Origin: an uncultured Candidatus Saccharibacteria bacterium
GTDB taxonomy: Bacteria > Patescibacteriota > WWE3 > UBA101185 > 2-01-FULL-41-18
Reading direction: 5' to 3'
Assembly (NCBI GenBank): GCA_964636285.1
Contig: CAZWQF010000006.1
Coordinates: 938-64,937, forward strand
DNA length: 64,000 nt
Position 1 is the stretch's first letter; each line of letters begins with the position of its first letter. Under the pieces are notes generated by a model. That model saw nothing but the letters and a program-made list of their open reading frames with translations, ran no database searches and was not told the DNA's origin. This document shows positions 18,594-27,975 of the stretch, piece after piece. Made by a program: the position numbers and the translations under genes.

Positions 18594-19437
18594 AAGTTCA
18601 AAGGAGGTAAAAATGCCAAAGGAAGTAAAGGACACTATGAAGCCTGTTCAAGAAAATGTAGAAACACCAACCCACACACACTTTCCAGAATCGCAAAAAG
18701 GATCTCCAATTGCATCAGCAATTATAATGTCAGGAATCCTTGTTTCGTTTTCAATATTTTTACACGCATACATTTTAAAAGGTGTAAGCCTACCAGGCTT
18801 TAAAAATCTTGGTGCAAAAACACAAGAGCAAGGAACAAATGTTAAAACAGCACCTACAGACGACACTTTAATACCAGAAAACCCTGGTGCAAAAGTAGAC
18901 GTCTCTATAGATGACGATGCGGTTAAGGGTAACAAAGACGCAAAGGTAACAATAGTAGAGTTCTCTGATTTTCAGTGCCCATTCTGTGAAAGATTCTATT
19001 CAGATGCATACAAAAGCATAATTAAAGACTACGTAGATTCAGGAAAAGTAAAGGTTGTGTTCAGAGACTACCCACTTTCATTCCACGCAAACGCACAAGT
19101 TTCTGCAGAGGCGTCTGAATGCGCTGCGGATCAAGGCAAGTTTTGGGAAATGCACGATAAGCTGTTTGAGACTCAAAGCGAGTGGTCTGAACTTTCAAAC
19201 GAACTAGCAAAAGGAAAATTTGGAGAGTATGCAGCGCAACTTGGGCTTAACACAGGAAACTTTAATAGTTGCCTAAGTACAGGAAAGCAGACTGAAGAGG
19301 TCAAAAAGGACATGGCCGAAGGAACTAAATATGGAGTTTCTGGAACACCAACAGTCTTTGTCAACGGAATCAAGCTTGTAGGAGCACAGCCATACAGTGT
19401 GTTCAAACAAGCCATAGACGATGAGCTCAACAAATAA
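18562..19437 (+). CDS. Membrane-anchored DsbA-family oxidoreductase
   Basis: EFSDFQCPFC, GTPT cis-Pro loop, N-terminal TM. Confidence 0.92.
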   Translation: MATVKEPKEVKSSKEVKMPKEVKDTMKPVQENVETPTHTHFPESQKGSPIASAIIMSGILVSFSIFLHAYILKGVSLPGFKNLGAKTQEQGTNVKTAPTDDTLIPENPGAKVDVSIDDDAVKGNKDAKVTIVEFSDFQCPFCERFYSDAYKSIIKDYVDSGKVKVVFRDYPLSFHANAQVSAEASECAADQGKFWEMHDKLFETQSEWSELSNELAKGKFGEYAAQLGLNTGNFNSCLSTGKQTEEVKKDMAEGTKYGVSGTPTVFVNGIKLVGAQPYSVFKQAIDDELNK

Positions 19438-19831
19438 AACAAAAATCCTGCTAATAATCTCTGCGCTTGGAATTGCAGTGTCGCTATACCTAACTTATGT
19501 AAAACTTACCGGCTCGCCGATAAAGTGTTCAGTAGGGTCGTGCGACATAGTGCAAAGAAGCAAGTACGCAGAGATTTTTGGTATTCCAGTAGCTTTGTTT
19601 GGAGTCCTGTACTATTTAACTGTTGCAATCCTTGCTCAGTACAAAGCCACAAAGATGCTCAAAATAGTAACTTCTTGGGGCATTTTATTTTCGGGGTACT
19701 TAACCTATCTGGAGCTATTTGTGATCCACGAAATCTGTCAATGGTGCGTGATCTCAGCAATACTTGCAACAGGGGCGTTTGTTTTTTCGTTTATAAAAGG
19801 TAGTGCTAGCGAGCAAAAGCAGGAAGTATAA
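19421..19831 (+). CDS. VKOR-family protein
   Basis: Loop cysteines, SKYA, C-terminal CQWC, four TM helices; overlaps the DsbA gene. Confidence 0.9.
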   Translation: MSSTNKTKILLIISALGIAVSLYLTYVKLTGSPIKCSVGSCDIVQRSKYAEIFGIPVALFGVLYYLTVAILAQYKATKMLKIVTSWGILFSGYLTYLELFVIHEICQWCVISAILATGAFVFSFIKGSASEQKQEV

Positions 19832-19838
19832 TTAAAAT

Positions 19839-20297
19839 ATGAAAGCATCAAAAATATATTTTGCGTCTGACCATGGCGGTTTTGGACTAAAAGGAAAGCT
19901 ACTAGAGTTTACAAAATCCCTTGGGTATAGTGTTGAGGATTTAGGACCGGAGAAACTTGATCCAAGTGACGATTACCCAATCTTTGCAAAAAAGATTGCT
20001 GAAAGGGTAGCAAAAGAGCCTGAAAGCTTAGGAGTAATTTTGTGTAGAAACGGAGTTGGAATTTCCGTAGCCTGTAATAAAGTTGACGGGGCAAGATGCG
20101 CTTTATCCTGGAACTCAAAGCACGCTTCCTCAACCAGAAAAGATGATAATGCCAATGTGATTTCAATACCTGCAGATTATGTAGAAAAAACCCAGGCAGA
20201 AGAGATGCTTAAAGCTTTTTTTGAAACCGAGTATGTGCATAACGAGAGATTTGATAGAAGATTAAATGAAATAAAAGACATAGAAAGTTCAAATTAG
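19839..20297 (+). CDS. rpiB: Ribose-5-phosphate isomerase B
   Basis: SDHGG, DDYP, CRNGVG, NANV. Confidence 0.92.
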   Translation: MKASKIYFASDHGGFGLKGKLLEFTKSLGYSVEDLGPEKLDPSDDYPIFAKKIAERVAKEPESLGVILCRNGVGISVACNKVDGARCALSWNSKHASSTRKDDNANVISIPADYVEKTQAEEMLKAFFETEYVHNERFDRRLNEIKDIESSN

Positions 20298-20312
20298 TTA
20301 TAATCAAAACTT

Positions 20313-20957
20313 ATGCAAAAAGTCATCATTCCGGGAATACTTGAAAAAACACTCGAGGAAATAAAGGAAAAACTTGAGGAGGTTGAAAGCATGACGCCTC
20401 TAGTTCAAATTGATGTTGAGGATGGGACTTTCACAAACGCAACTACCTTTTGCGATGTAGATGCGCTAAACGAGCTTGATACATCTGCAATACTTGAGCT
20501 TCATTTGATGGTTCAAAATCCTAAAAACTTTATCCCAAAGTTTCCAAAAGCAGTAAGAAAATTAATTTTCCATATTGAAAGCCAAGGGCTATACAGGGAA
20601 ATCATAGAAGATGTAGAAGAAAGAGGCTTTGAGGTTTGCCTATGTTTAAACCCCGACACGCCTTTTGAAGACGTGGAGCCGTTTCTTGAGTTTGCTGGAT
20701 CTGTTCAGTTCATGACTGTAAATCCGGGAGTACAAGGTCAAAAATTCCTTCCTGAAGTCCTTGAAAAAATTAAAGCTTTTACTGATGAGTACCCTCAGAT
20801 ACCTGTTGAGGTTGATGGGGGAATAAATCCTCACACCGCAAGCCTTTCGGCACAAGCAGGGGCTTCCCTTTTTGTATCTGGAAGCTATATATTAGACAGC
20901 GAAGAGATCAAGAAAAATATAGAAAGTTTAGAGGAGGCAATTGAAAATGAAGATTAG
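20313..20957 (+). CDS. rpe: Ribulose-phosphate 3-epimerase
   Basis: IDVEDG, HLMV, MTVNPG, VDGGIN. Confidence 0.92.
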   Translation: MQKVIIPGILEKTLEEIKEKLEEVESMTPLVQIDVEDGTFTNATTFCDVDALNELDTSAILELHLMVQNPKNFIPKFPKAVRKLIFHIESQGLYREIIEDVEERGFEVCLCLNPDTPFEDVEPFLEFAGSVQFMTVNPGVQGQKFLPEVLEKIKAFTDEYPQIPVEVDGGINPHTASLSAQAGASLFVSGSYILDSEEIKKNIESLEEAIENED

Positions 20958-21525
20958 TAATGTTTCTTTTTTAGGTGGTGCTGAAGTAAAGCAGGATTCT
21001 CCAGTGTACAAAGACGCTGTGGAGGTTGCCAAGGTTTTAGCCGAATCAGGTATCAAAATTTTAAATGGCGGTGGACCAGGAGTAATGAAAGCATCCACAG
21101 AAGGAGCCCATCTTGGAGGCGGCAAAGCAGTAGGAGTGACTTTTTATCCAAAATATAAGCATGCACATTTTGAAGGCAGGGACCATGAAAATAATTTTGA
21201 CGAGGAAGTGGTCTGCAATGATTATTTTGACAGGACACAGAGACTTCTTGAGATGGGAGATGTTCACATATTGTTTGCAGGAGGAACCGGCACATTAAGC
21301 GAATTTGGAATGAGCTGGGCAGTAGCAAGAATTCACGAAGGCCACAACATCCCTATCATTCTTTTTGGAGATTTTTGGAAAAATGTAATTCAATCTTTTA
21401 AAGAGAACCTCATGATAAGGCCTGGAGAAGAAGAGCTGTTTAGAATTGTAAGCACTCCTCAGGAAGCTTATTTTACAGTTAAGGAGCTTGAGGGTCTGGA
21501 AAAACCCTACCCAATACCTCAGTAA
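20941..21525 (+). CDS. LOG family protein
   Basis: GGGPGVM and GGTGTLSE motifs. Confidence 0.88.
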   Translation: MKMKISNVSFLGGAEVKQDSPVYKDAVEVAKVLAESGIKILNGGGPGVMKASTEGAHLGGGKAVGVTFYPKYKHAHFEGRDHENNFDEEVVCNDYFDRTQRLLEMGDVHILFAGGTGTLSEFGMSWAVARIHEGHNIPIILFGDFWKNVIQSFKENLMIRPGEEELFRIVSTPQEAYFTVKELEGLEKPYPIPQ

Positions 21526-21528
21526 TAA

Positions 21529-22635
21529 ATGCCGTCAAAAAACTGGTTCACATTGCCCCGATTGTTGTTATTCCTTGCTTGCGCGGTGCTTGCAGTTGCA
21601 ACTGTGTACTTAAAAGCAAGTCTTGAAAAAAAGCTTTCTCCGGAAAAACAAGAAATCAATCCAAAAGAACAAATCGAATCAAAAGGAAGCACAGACCGGG
21701 GAAAAGACATAAAAAGCCAAGGAGGAGATGTAACCCAAAAAGATACAATCTACACACCAGGAAGCGTTGGCCAAACGTTTGAGATACCAGTAAGAAACCA
21801 AATCCAAACAAGCTATTTTGATCCCGTGTTTAAAAGAGGTGATGGCCTTGAAGGCTTCTACCACAACAACAAGACCCTTAACGATCTCAAACTAAAAAGA
21901 GTAGATAAAATGATCTCAGTCCAAACAAGTGCTGGTGCAACGCCAAACAACGCCATTACGTCCGATGACTACTCTATTAGGTGGGAAGGCCAGATTTACG
22001 CCCCGGTAACTAGTGACTATAATTTTTACTTTTCAGGGGATAACGCAGTTATTAAACTTTGGGTGGAAAACACACAACTTTCTTTTGCACAGCTTAGAGG
22101 TGAAGACATTAGAATTCCCATTCATTTGGAGGAGAAACAAAGGTATGAAGTAAAAATCGAAATGTATAAAGCAAGAAGCGATTTAGGGGCTTCTTTTAAG
22201 CTTTTATGGGAATTTGATGGCCAACCAAAAATTCCAGTTCCAGCCGAGTACATGTTCACTCAAAAGCTCCCCGCAATGCTCGATGTTCCCATTAAAAATG
22301 AGGATTTTACAGACGGAAAAGCTCAATATGGTTTGAAAGTTGCAAGGAGCGGATTTTACTACCCTTGGGTTAAAGTCTTCACCGCAAGCAAAGATAGAGA
22401 TACTTTTGAAATGCAAATTGATGATCGAATATACGTGTTTGAACTTCCTTCAACTGCTTCTCAATGGATGTGGTTAAAACCATTTTTGGTTGAAAGTTCT
22501 TCGCAAAACAAAGTTGCTACGGCTTATGTTGCTCGAGGTAATAGGGTTATGACAATCTCAAAACTTGAACCAAATATAAAACTTGAACGAATAATTTTGG
22601 TGGACAGCGCCGACTATGCGCCAGACAAGCAGTAA
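21529..22635 (+). CDS. Membrane-anchored PA14-domain protein
   Basis: N-terminal TM; GLEGFYH...YSIRWEGQIYAP...LLWE...VPAEYMF matches the PA14 pattern. Confidence 0.75.
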   Translation: MPSKNWFTLPRLLLFLACAVLAVATVYLKASLEKKLSPEKQEINPKEQIESKGSTDRGKDIKSQGGDVTQKDTIYTPGSVGQTFEIPVRNQIQTSYFDPVFKRGDGLEGFYHNNKTLNDLKLKRVDKMISVQTSAGATPNNAITSDDYSIRWEGQIYAPVTSDYNFYFSGDNAVIKLWVENTQLSFAQLRGEDIRIPIHLEEKQRYEVKIEMYKARSDLGASFKLLWEFDGQPKIPVPAEYMFTQKLPAMLDVPIKNEDFTDGKAQYGLKVARSGFYYPWVKVFTASKDRDTFEMQIDDRIYVFELPSTASQWMWLKPFLVESSSQNKVATAYVARGNRVMTISKLEPNIKLERIILVDSADYAPDKQ

Positions 22636-22692
22636 AGCTACTGCTAACTTACCTACAAGGGGCGATATTCAAAATACGTGGCCTTAAGCAGC

Positions 22693-22737
22693 AAAAGACC
22701 CCGCAAAATTCGTGTGAACAAATCGTGCGGGGTCTTT
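22693..22737 (-). terminator. Long imperfect 3' hairpin of island 4
   Basis: AAAGACCCCGCA / TGCGGGGTCTTT arms. Confidence 0.75.
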
Positions 22738-22756
22738 AATCCTCTGGGGGGGGGTA

Positions 22757-22994
22757 TCAGCCGACCTGAACTTGATAAAACCCCGGCCCCTTAGCTTCAA
22801 GCTTCTTCCGCTCAATGAGCGAAATCGTCGCCGACTTTGCAACGCCCTCAAGCGGGTTGGGGGTTGGACAACGTCAAGATGCCGCCTTGGTGTCTGAGCG
22901 CGTTGCCCACAACCTCCTTAAAGTTGTACGCCATAGAGGCGTTGGCAGGTTGGAAAGCATTCACCCCATCCCAGTACACAAGCATCTGGTTCAT
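22757..22994 (-). pseudogene. Orphan island 4, gene b: frameshifted by a 7-bp tandem duplication
   Basis: AAGGA SD and ATG 22994; GGGTTGG occurs twice at 22854-22867. Removing one copy gives a 76 aa ORF ending at 22757, just before the hairpin. Confidence 0.65.
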
Positions 22995-23010
22995 GGTAGG
23001 CTCATCCTTT

Positions 23011-23307
23011 CTAAGGCTGAGCGATGAGCGTTGCTTTGAGCACCTGACCTTTCCAGTCAAGAGTGAGCTCATACAGCGCCCCCACGACGAGATTTTCGCA
23101 GGGTTGCGTTTTCTCACCATGCATATGGACACAGTGCAGGGTTTCCTGAACGCCAACCCTTCTGGAGTAGCCTTCAAGCGACAACCCTTCTTTGCCGTTC
23201 TTGATGGCATTGAAGGTGTCCATGCGATCCTTCTTGGCTACGTTCGCCACAGAGATATCCTGCCCTCCCTTGGAATTGAGGAAAAACACTGACTTGATAG
23301 TTGCCAT
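23011..23307 (-). CDS. Orphan island 4, gene a: 98 aa hypothetical protein
   Basis: GAGGAG 7 nt before ATG 23307; GC-richer than flanks. Confidence 0.7.
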   Translation of the reverse strand: MATIKSVFFLNSKGGQDISVANVAKKDRMDTFNAIKNGKEGLSLEGYSRRVGVQETLHCVHMHGEKTQPCENLVVGALYELTLDWKGQVLKATLIAQP

Positions 23308-23385
23308 TTCGATACTCCTCGGCCATAGGCCGCTTGCGGGATACCCAATCGTTTGAATTATCCCATAGTAAATTGATGTTTGAAA
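23308..23385 (-). promoter_or_regulatory. Island 4 promoter and leader
   Basis: TTTCAA-17-GATAAT with CTATGG in the spacer; hairpin CGGCC-TAT-GGCCG abutting AGGAG. Confidence 0.55.
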
Positions 23386-23491
23386 TCTTACACCCAAAAG
23401 CCCATCCGGTCAACCTTAGAAAACCCGGCCATCAGGCCTTAAAACCACCTAACATTGTCTTAAAACCTCAAATCTTCTATACTTTCATTTA

Positions 23492-24349
23492 ATGCCACAA
23501 GAGCACATCTCAAAAACGTTAGCTCAAAAAGCCAATGACATTCGTCAATCCATTATCAGCATGCTTATCAATGCAGGGTCTGGGCACTCAGCAGGCCCAC
23601 TAGATATGGCAGACATCTTTGCTACATTATATTTTCATGTTTTAAACGTTGATCCAGAAAAACCGTATAAAGACGACAGGGATTACGTACTTTTATCTTG
23701 CGGGCACATTTGCCCTGTTTGGTACGCAACCTTAGCTCACAGAGGCTATTTCCCACAAAAAGAACTTTTAACGCTGAGAAAGCTTGGAACAAGACTTCAA
23801 GGACACCCCCACATCCATGCTCTCCCTGGGATTGAAAACACATCAGGACCACTTGGCCAAGGTTTGTCACAAGGAGCGGGCATTGCACTAGGATTAAAAA
23901 TGCAAGGCAAAACAAGCCAATTTGTTTATGTAATAGGATCAGACGCTGAGTTCCAAGAAGGCCAGGTGTGGGAAGCAGCAATGTTTGCTTCAAAAAATCA
24001 ACTGGGCAATCTTATCTGGATAATCGATAGAAATAACATTCAAATTGACGGCTACACAGAAAGCGTCATGCCAATAGAGCCTCTCAGGGAAAAGCTTGAA
24101 GCCTTTGGTTGGTACACACTTGAGGTGGACGGGCACAATCACCAAGAAATAATTTCTGCTTGCGAACATGCAAAAGCCGTGTTCAACAGACCTACCGTAA
24201 TCGTAGCCCACACAATTGCAGGTAAAGGTGTTGATTTTATGGAATATAAATACGAATGGCATGGAAAAGTCCCATCGCCAGAAGAGGCAAAAGAAGCCCT
24301 CAATGAACTTAGAACACTTGGTGGTAAAATAGTTAGCGAGCATCAGTAA
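23492..24349 (+). CDS. Transketolase, N-terminal (TPP-binding) subunit
   Basis: SGH, LQGHP, GPLGQG, SDAEFQEG...NN, WHGK. Confidence 0.93.
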   Translation: MPQEHISKTLAQKANDIRQSIISMLINAGSGHSAGPLDMADIFATLYFHVLNVDPEKPYKDDRDYVLLSCGHICPVWYATLAHRGYFPQKELLTLRKLGTRLQGHPHIHALPGIENTSGPLGQGLSQGAGIALGLKMQGKTSQFVYVIGSDAEFQEGQVWEAAMFASKNQLGNLIWIIDRNNIQIDGYTESVMPIEPLREKLEAFGWYTLEVDGHNHQEIISACEHAKAVFNRPTVIVAHTIAGKGVDFMEYKYEWHGKVPSPEEAKEALNELRTLGGKIVSEHQ

Positions 24350-24371
24350 AGTTGCTCCAGAAAGGCTTTAA

Positions 24372-24932
24372 ATGTCGGAATCACAAACAACTCAACCAAC
24401 ACAAACAAAATCCAATAAGATGGTTAACATCGCTATCTATACTGCCGTTTTTCTTGTAATGGGTTTTCTAATTCTATACTTTGTAGGACCAAAGTTTGGA
24501 ATTAACCTTTTTGGAAAGGGCAAGGACGCTAACAACATTGAGTACTCAAGAGTAGATGGCTTTCCAAGAGCCTTCAACACTGCAGAACAGGTAAACAAGG
24601 CAAGACTCGTCATTAAAACCGAAGAAGAACTCAAGCAAGCAATCTCAAACATAGATAAATCAGGTGAGATCAAACTTCCTAAAATTAACTTTGAAAAGAA
24701 AATGGCCCTTCTTGTTACATCAAAGACAAGAAACACAGGAGGTTATGAGACACGAATCAGAAAAATCGAATTAGATAAAGACGATTTGGTAGTCACAATC
24801 AGGGATCAGGAACCAGGTAAAACCTGTATGACTACACAGCAATTAAACGTACCTATGGACTTAGTAGTACTTGATAAGACCGACCTGTCCATTGAATGGC
24901 AAGTCAGGCAGGAAGTTAAAGAATGCAACTAA
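24372..24932 (+). CDS. Membrane-anchored PrcB C-terminal-like protein
   Basis: TM anchor; INF..., TGGY, PGKTCMTTQ motifs. Confidence 0.7.
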   Translation: MSESQTTQPTQTKSNKMVNIAIYTAVFLVMGFLILYFVGPKFGINLFGKGKDANNIEYSRVDGFPRAFNTAEQVNKARLVIKTEEELKQAISNIDKSGEIKLPKINFEKKMALLVTSKTRNTGGYETRIRKIELDKDDLVVTIRDQEPGKTCMTTQQLNVPMDLVVLDKTDLSIEWQVRQEVKECN

Positions 24933-25891
24933 ACCCAAAGATCTACCAGCCCGATGTTGAACAAAAACCAAATCGAATGGGATTTGGCGAAGGGCTTTTG
25001 GTGGCTGGGGATGAAAACCCTGACGTTGTGGCACTCTGCTGTGATTTAAAAGAGTCCACAAGAGTTGACCTTTTTGCATCAAAATATCCAAACAGATACG
25101 TGGAGTTAGGTGCCGCAGAACAAAACATGGCAGGCGTGGCAGCTGGCCTTGCTATAACAGGCAAAATTCCGTTTATCACTTCGTATGCTACTTTTAGTCC
25201 TGGAAGGAACTGGGATCAGATCAGAGTTTCAATTTGCTACTCAAACAATAATGTGAAGATTGTGGGCTCCCATTCGGGAATATCAGTTGGACCTGATGGG
25301 GCAACACACCAAGCTTTAGAAGATATTGCAATAACAAGAGTCTTGCCAAACCTAGTGGTGATTGCACCATGTGACGCTATAGAAGCAAAAAAAGCCACAA
25401 TTGCATCCGCAAAATACAAAGGCCCTGTATACATTAGACTTGCTAGAGAAAAAACTCCAATCATTACAACGGAGGATACTCCATTTGAAATTGGAAAATC
25501 TCAAGTTTTTAGAGAAGGAAATGCAATTACCGTGGTTGCAACAGGAACCTTGGTCTATGACGCACTCATTGCAGCGGAAGAACTCATGCGCGAAAGGGCG
25601 ATTGCAGTAGAAGTGATAAACTGCCCAACAATCAAACCTTTAGATGGTCAAACAATTCTTAAGTCTGTTAAAAAAACTGGTGCACTTATTACAGTGGAAG
25701 AACACCAAATTGACGGAGGTTTTGGAAGCGCAGTTTGTGAGTTTATTTCTGAAACCCACCCTGTTAAAGTTAAAAGAATCGGAATGCCAAACAGCTTTGG
25801 CGAATCCGGCCAACCCAGAGAACTTCTTGAAAAATATGGAATGAGTAAAAACCATATCAAGAATGCGATCAGAGAAATGATTGCCCAGTAG
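24923..25891 (+). CDS. Transketolase, C-terminal subunit
   Basis: AEQNM, GPDGATHQ, GPVYIRL, TVEEH. Confidence 0.93.
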   Translation: MQLNPKIYQPDVEQKPNRMGFGEGLLVAGDENPDVVALCCDLKESTRVDLFASKYPNRYVELGAAEQNMAGVAAGLAITGKIPFITSYATFSPGRNWDQIRVSICYSNNNVKIVGSHSGISVGPDGATHQALEDIAITRVLPNLVVIAPCDAIEAKKATIASAKYKGPVYIRLAREKTPIITTEDTPFEIGKSQVFREGNAITVVATGTLVYDALIAAEELMRERAIAVEVINCPTIKPLDGQTILKSVKKTGALITVEEHQIDGGFGSAVCEFISETHPVKVKRIGMPNSFGESGQPRELLEKYGMSKNHIKNAIREMIAQ

Positions 25892-25937
25892 TCTCAGAAA
25901 CACCAAAGTTTGGGACTTTAAACTGTCCTTAAAGTCT

Positions 25938-26924
25938 ATGTACGATATTATTTCAATGGGCGATTCAGTAATTGACGCCTTTACAGTAATCAGTGAAGCC
26001 GAAGTCCTCTGCCACTTAAGCGAGCAGGATTGTAGGCTGTGTTTAAGCTATTCGGATAAAGTTCCCGTAGATAAATTTAAATTAACAACAGCAGGCAACG
26101 CTTTAAATAATGCGGTAGGGTCAGCAAGGCTTGGGCTTAAGACAGCTTTATACACAGAAATTGGCAATGACATGTTTGGAAAAATGATTGTGGACAAAAT
26201 GATGCAAGAAAAGATATCAACTGATTATGTAAACTTAAATAAAGGCGCAGCTACAAATCTTCACACTGTACTTTCATACAAAGTTGAAAGGACTATACTT
26301 GTCTATCACGAACCAAGAAGTTACAAACTCCCTCAGTTTGAAGAGGCACCAAAGTGGATCTACTATACTTCGCTTTCAAAAGGCTTTGAGAAAGTTCAGG
26401 AGGAGCTTGTTAATTACCTGTACGCAAACCCTGAAGTTAAACTTGCTTTTAACCCGGCAACTTTTCATTTAAGAGCGGGACTGGATGCGTTAAGGGAGAT
26501 AATCAAGAGAACGGAAGTTATTTTTATTAATCGCGAAGAGGCAAAAAGGCTTTTAAACATTGATCTAAAAGAACCCACACCTATTAAGGAGCTCCTTTCA
26601 AAGATTCACGAGCTTGGGGTTAAGACTATAATTATTACTGATGGCCCAAAGGGGTGTACTGTTTACGATGGAAAAGATTACGGACAGCTTGGGCTGTACG
26701 ATGTTCCGATTGTGGAAAGAACAGGAGTTGGCGATGCATTTGCTACAGGTTTTATAGCCGCGCAGGTCTATGGAAAAAACCTTGAGGAATGTCTTAAGTG
26801 GGGAACTATTAACTCTGCAGGGGTTATTCAGGAAATAGGGCCTCAGGACGGACTTCAAACTAAAGACCAGATTGAAAAAGTTTTAGCTTCAAATCCAGTT
26901 TTTACCCCAGTAAATCTTCTTTAA
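25938..26924 (+). CDS. PfkB-family carbohydrate kinase
   Basis: AGNALNNA, NREEA, TGVGDAF. Confidence 0.9.
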   Translation: MYDIISMGDSVIDAFTVISEAEVLCHLSEQDCRLCLSYSDKVPVDKFKLTTAGNALNNAVGSARLGLKTALYTEIGNDMFGKMIVDKMMQEKISTDYVNLNKGAATNLHTVLSYKVERTILVYHEPRSYKLPQFEEAPKWIYYTSLSKGFEKVQEELVNYLYANPEVKLAFNPATFHLRAGLDALREIIKRTEVIFINREEAKRLLNIDLKEPTPIKELLSKIHELGVKTIIITDGPKGCTVYDGKDYGQLGLYDVPIVERTGVGDAFATGFIAAQVYGKNLEECLKWGTINSAGVIQEIGPQDGLQTKDQIEKVLASNPVFTPVNLL

Positions 26925-26930
26925 CCTCAA

Positions 26931-27004
26931 TTGAACATATTACTATAAGCTGTTATTATCCGTTTTAACAACCTATTAGCGACTCATGAAAGGAGTCATC
27001 ACAC
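26931..27004 (+). promoter_or_regulatory. Island 5 promoter and leader
   Basis: TTGAAC-17-TATTAT with CTATAA in the spacer; AACAAC; hairpin GACTC/GAGTC overlapping AAGGAG. Confidence 0.7.
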
Positions 27005-27631
27005 ATGTTGGATTTCTTCATCCTTGAATCCATCCTTAGGGTGGATCTCAGCCTCACAGCGTCCATGCAGGTGGTGCTGTGGGGAATGGGGGCGCCCTAC
27101 CTGGTTTTGGCGATCCTGGCACTTTTCCGTGGCGCCAAACCGCCTGACTGGGGAGCAACTGTGTCCTTGATCGGTATGTTCCTGGCGACCCCGGTGCTGG
27201 GACCTCTGTCCGCCCACCTACTCTGGTCTCTTGCGGACCTTCCGTTCAACTGGCGGGACGTGCAGTGCCACTGGAGCGCCTCAAACCTCTGGCACTTCCT
27301 GAACGGGATCCAGTTATGGGGAGAGCACCTCAAGTGGGACATCACGGACAAAGACAGCCAGGGACGGGCGCCGTACATTGCAGAGGCCATTATCTCCATC
27401 TTGCTCGGAGGCTTATGGACCGTGCTTCTGCTCTGGGTGTTTGGAGGAGGCCTTAGCGTGGAGGAGTTGTGGGTCGGGCTGGTCTACTTTTACGGGATGC
27501 AAGGGATCATGAACTGGGCGCAGGACACAGGGCCACTTGGACGCCCTCTGGCCGACTACATCGGAAAGAGCAGCCTGGTGGCATTCCTGTTTCACTTGGC
27601 CTTGGCCCTCATCTATCTTATCGCCCGGTAA
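27005..27631 (+). CDS. Orphan island 5: 208 aa multi-pass membrane protein
   Basis: About five hydrophobic helices; 39/60 G+C at 27061-27120 versus 19/60 at 26161-26220 in the neighbouring kinase gene. Confidence 0.8.
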   Translation: MLDFFILESILRVDLSLTASMQVVLWGMGAPYLVLAILALFRGAKPPDWGATVSLIGMFLATPVLGPLSAHLLWSLADLPFNWRDVQCHWSASNLWHFLNGIQLWGEHLKWDITDKDSQGRAPYIAEAIISILLGGLWTVLLLWVFGGGLSVEELWVGLVYFYGMQGIMNWAQDTGPLGRPLADYIGKSSLVAFLFHLALALIYLIAR

Positions 27632-27644
27632 GACAGAGGACCAG

Positions 27645-27689
27645 AAACGGTCGGGGATTACTGACGCACGTCAGCCCCGACCGTTTTTT
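27645..27689 (+). terminator. Long hairpin terminator of island 5
   Basis: AAACGGTCGGGG..CTGACG-CA-CGTCAG-CCCCGACCG followed by T6. Confidence 0.85.
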
Positions 27690-27956
27690 CTATTTATTAA
27701 AGGCTACTTTTACTTCTTTGGAGCCACAAAGCATACACTCAAAGTTATTTCCTTCGGACATGCATGAAGGGCAAAGATAAAGCCCTCCTTGGTATACCAA
27801 GTCTTTGGTGTCGCACGTGTTACACAAAAATGCCACATCATCTTGACTCACTTTTCCACACTTTGGGCATGTAAATTCGGCCCCTTCGCCATCTGTAACT
27901 ACTTTTGCTTGTTCCTCTTTATCTAGCTTATCAAAGTTATATACATGCTTTTTCAT
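27690..27956 (-). CDS. Small protein with four CxxC motifs (double zinc ribbon)
   Basis: CPKC, CNTC, CPSC, CMLC. Confidence 0.75.
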   Translation of the reverse strand: MKKHVYNFDKLDKEEQAKVVTDGEGAEFTCPKCGKVSQDDVAFLCNTCDTKDLVYQGGLYLCPSCMSEGNNFECMLCGSKEVKVAFNK

Positions 27957-27975
27957 ACTTTCCTTTCATCTAACC

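Noticed and set aside
22746-22754. G9 run (and C9 near 59929-59937) as phase-variation tracts
   Set aside because: Both are outside coding sequence and outside the predicted promoter spacers, so no switching effect can be argued from sequence alone.
22848-22850. TGA readthrough or alternative genetic code (code 25) to explain the short island 4b ORF
   Set aside because: TGA terminates ordinary genes here (recF, mutM, NUDIX), and the continuation is in a different frame that the 7-bp duplication explains.
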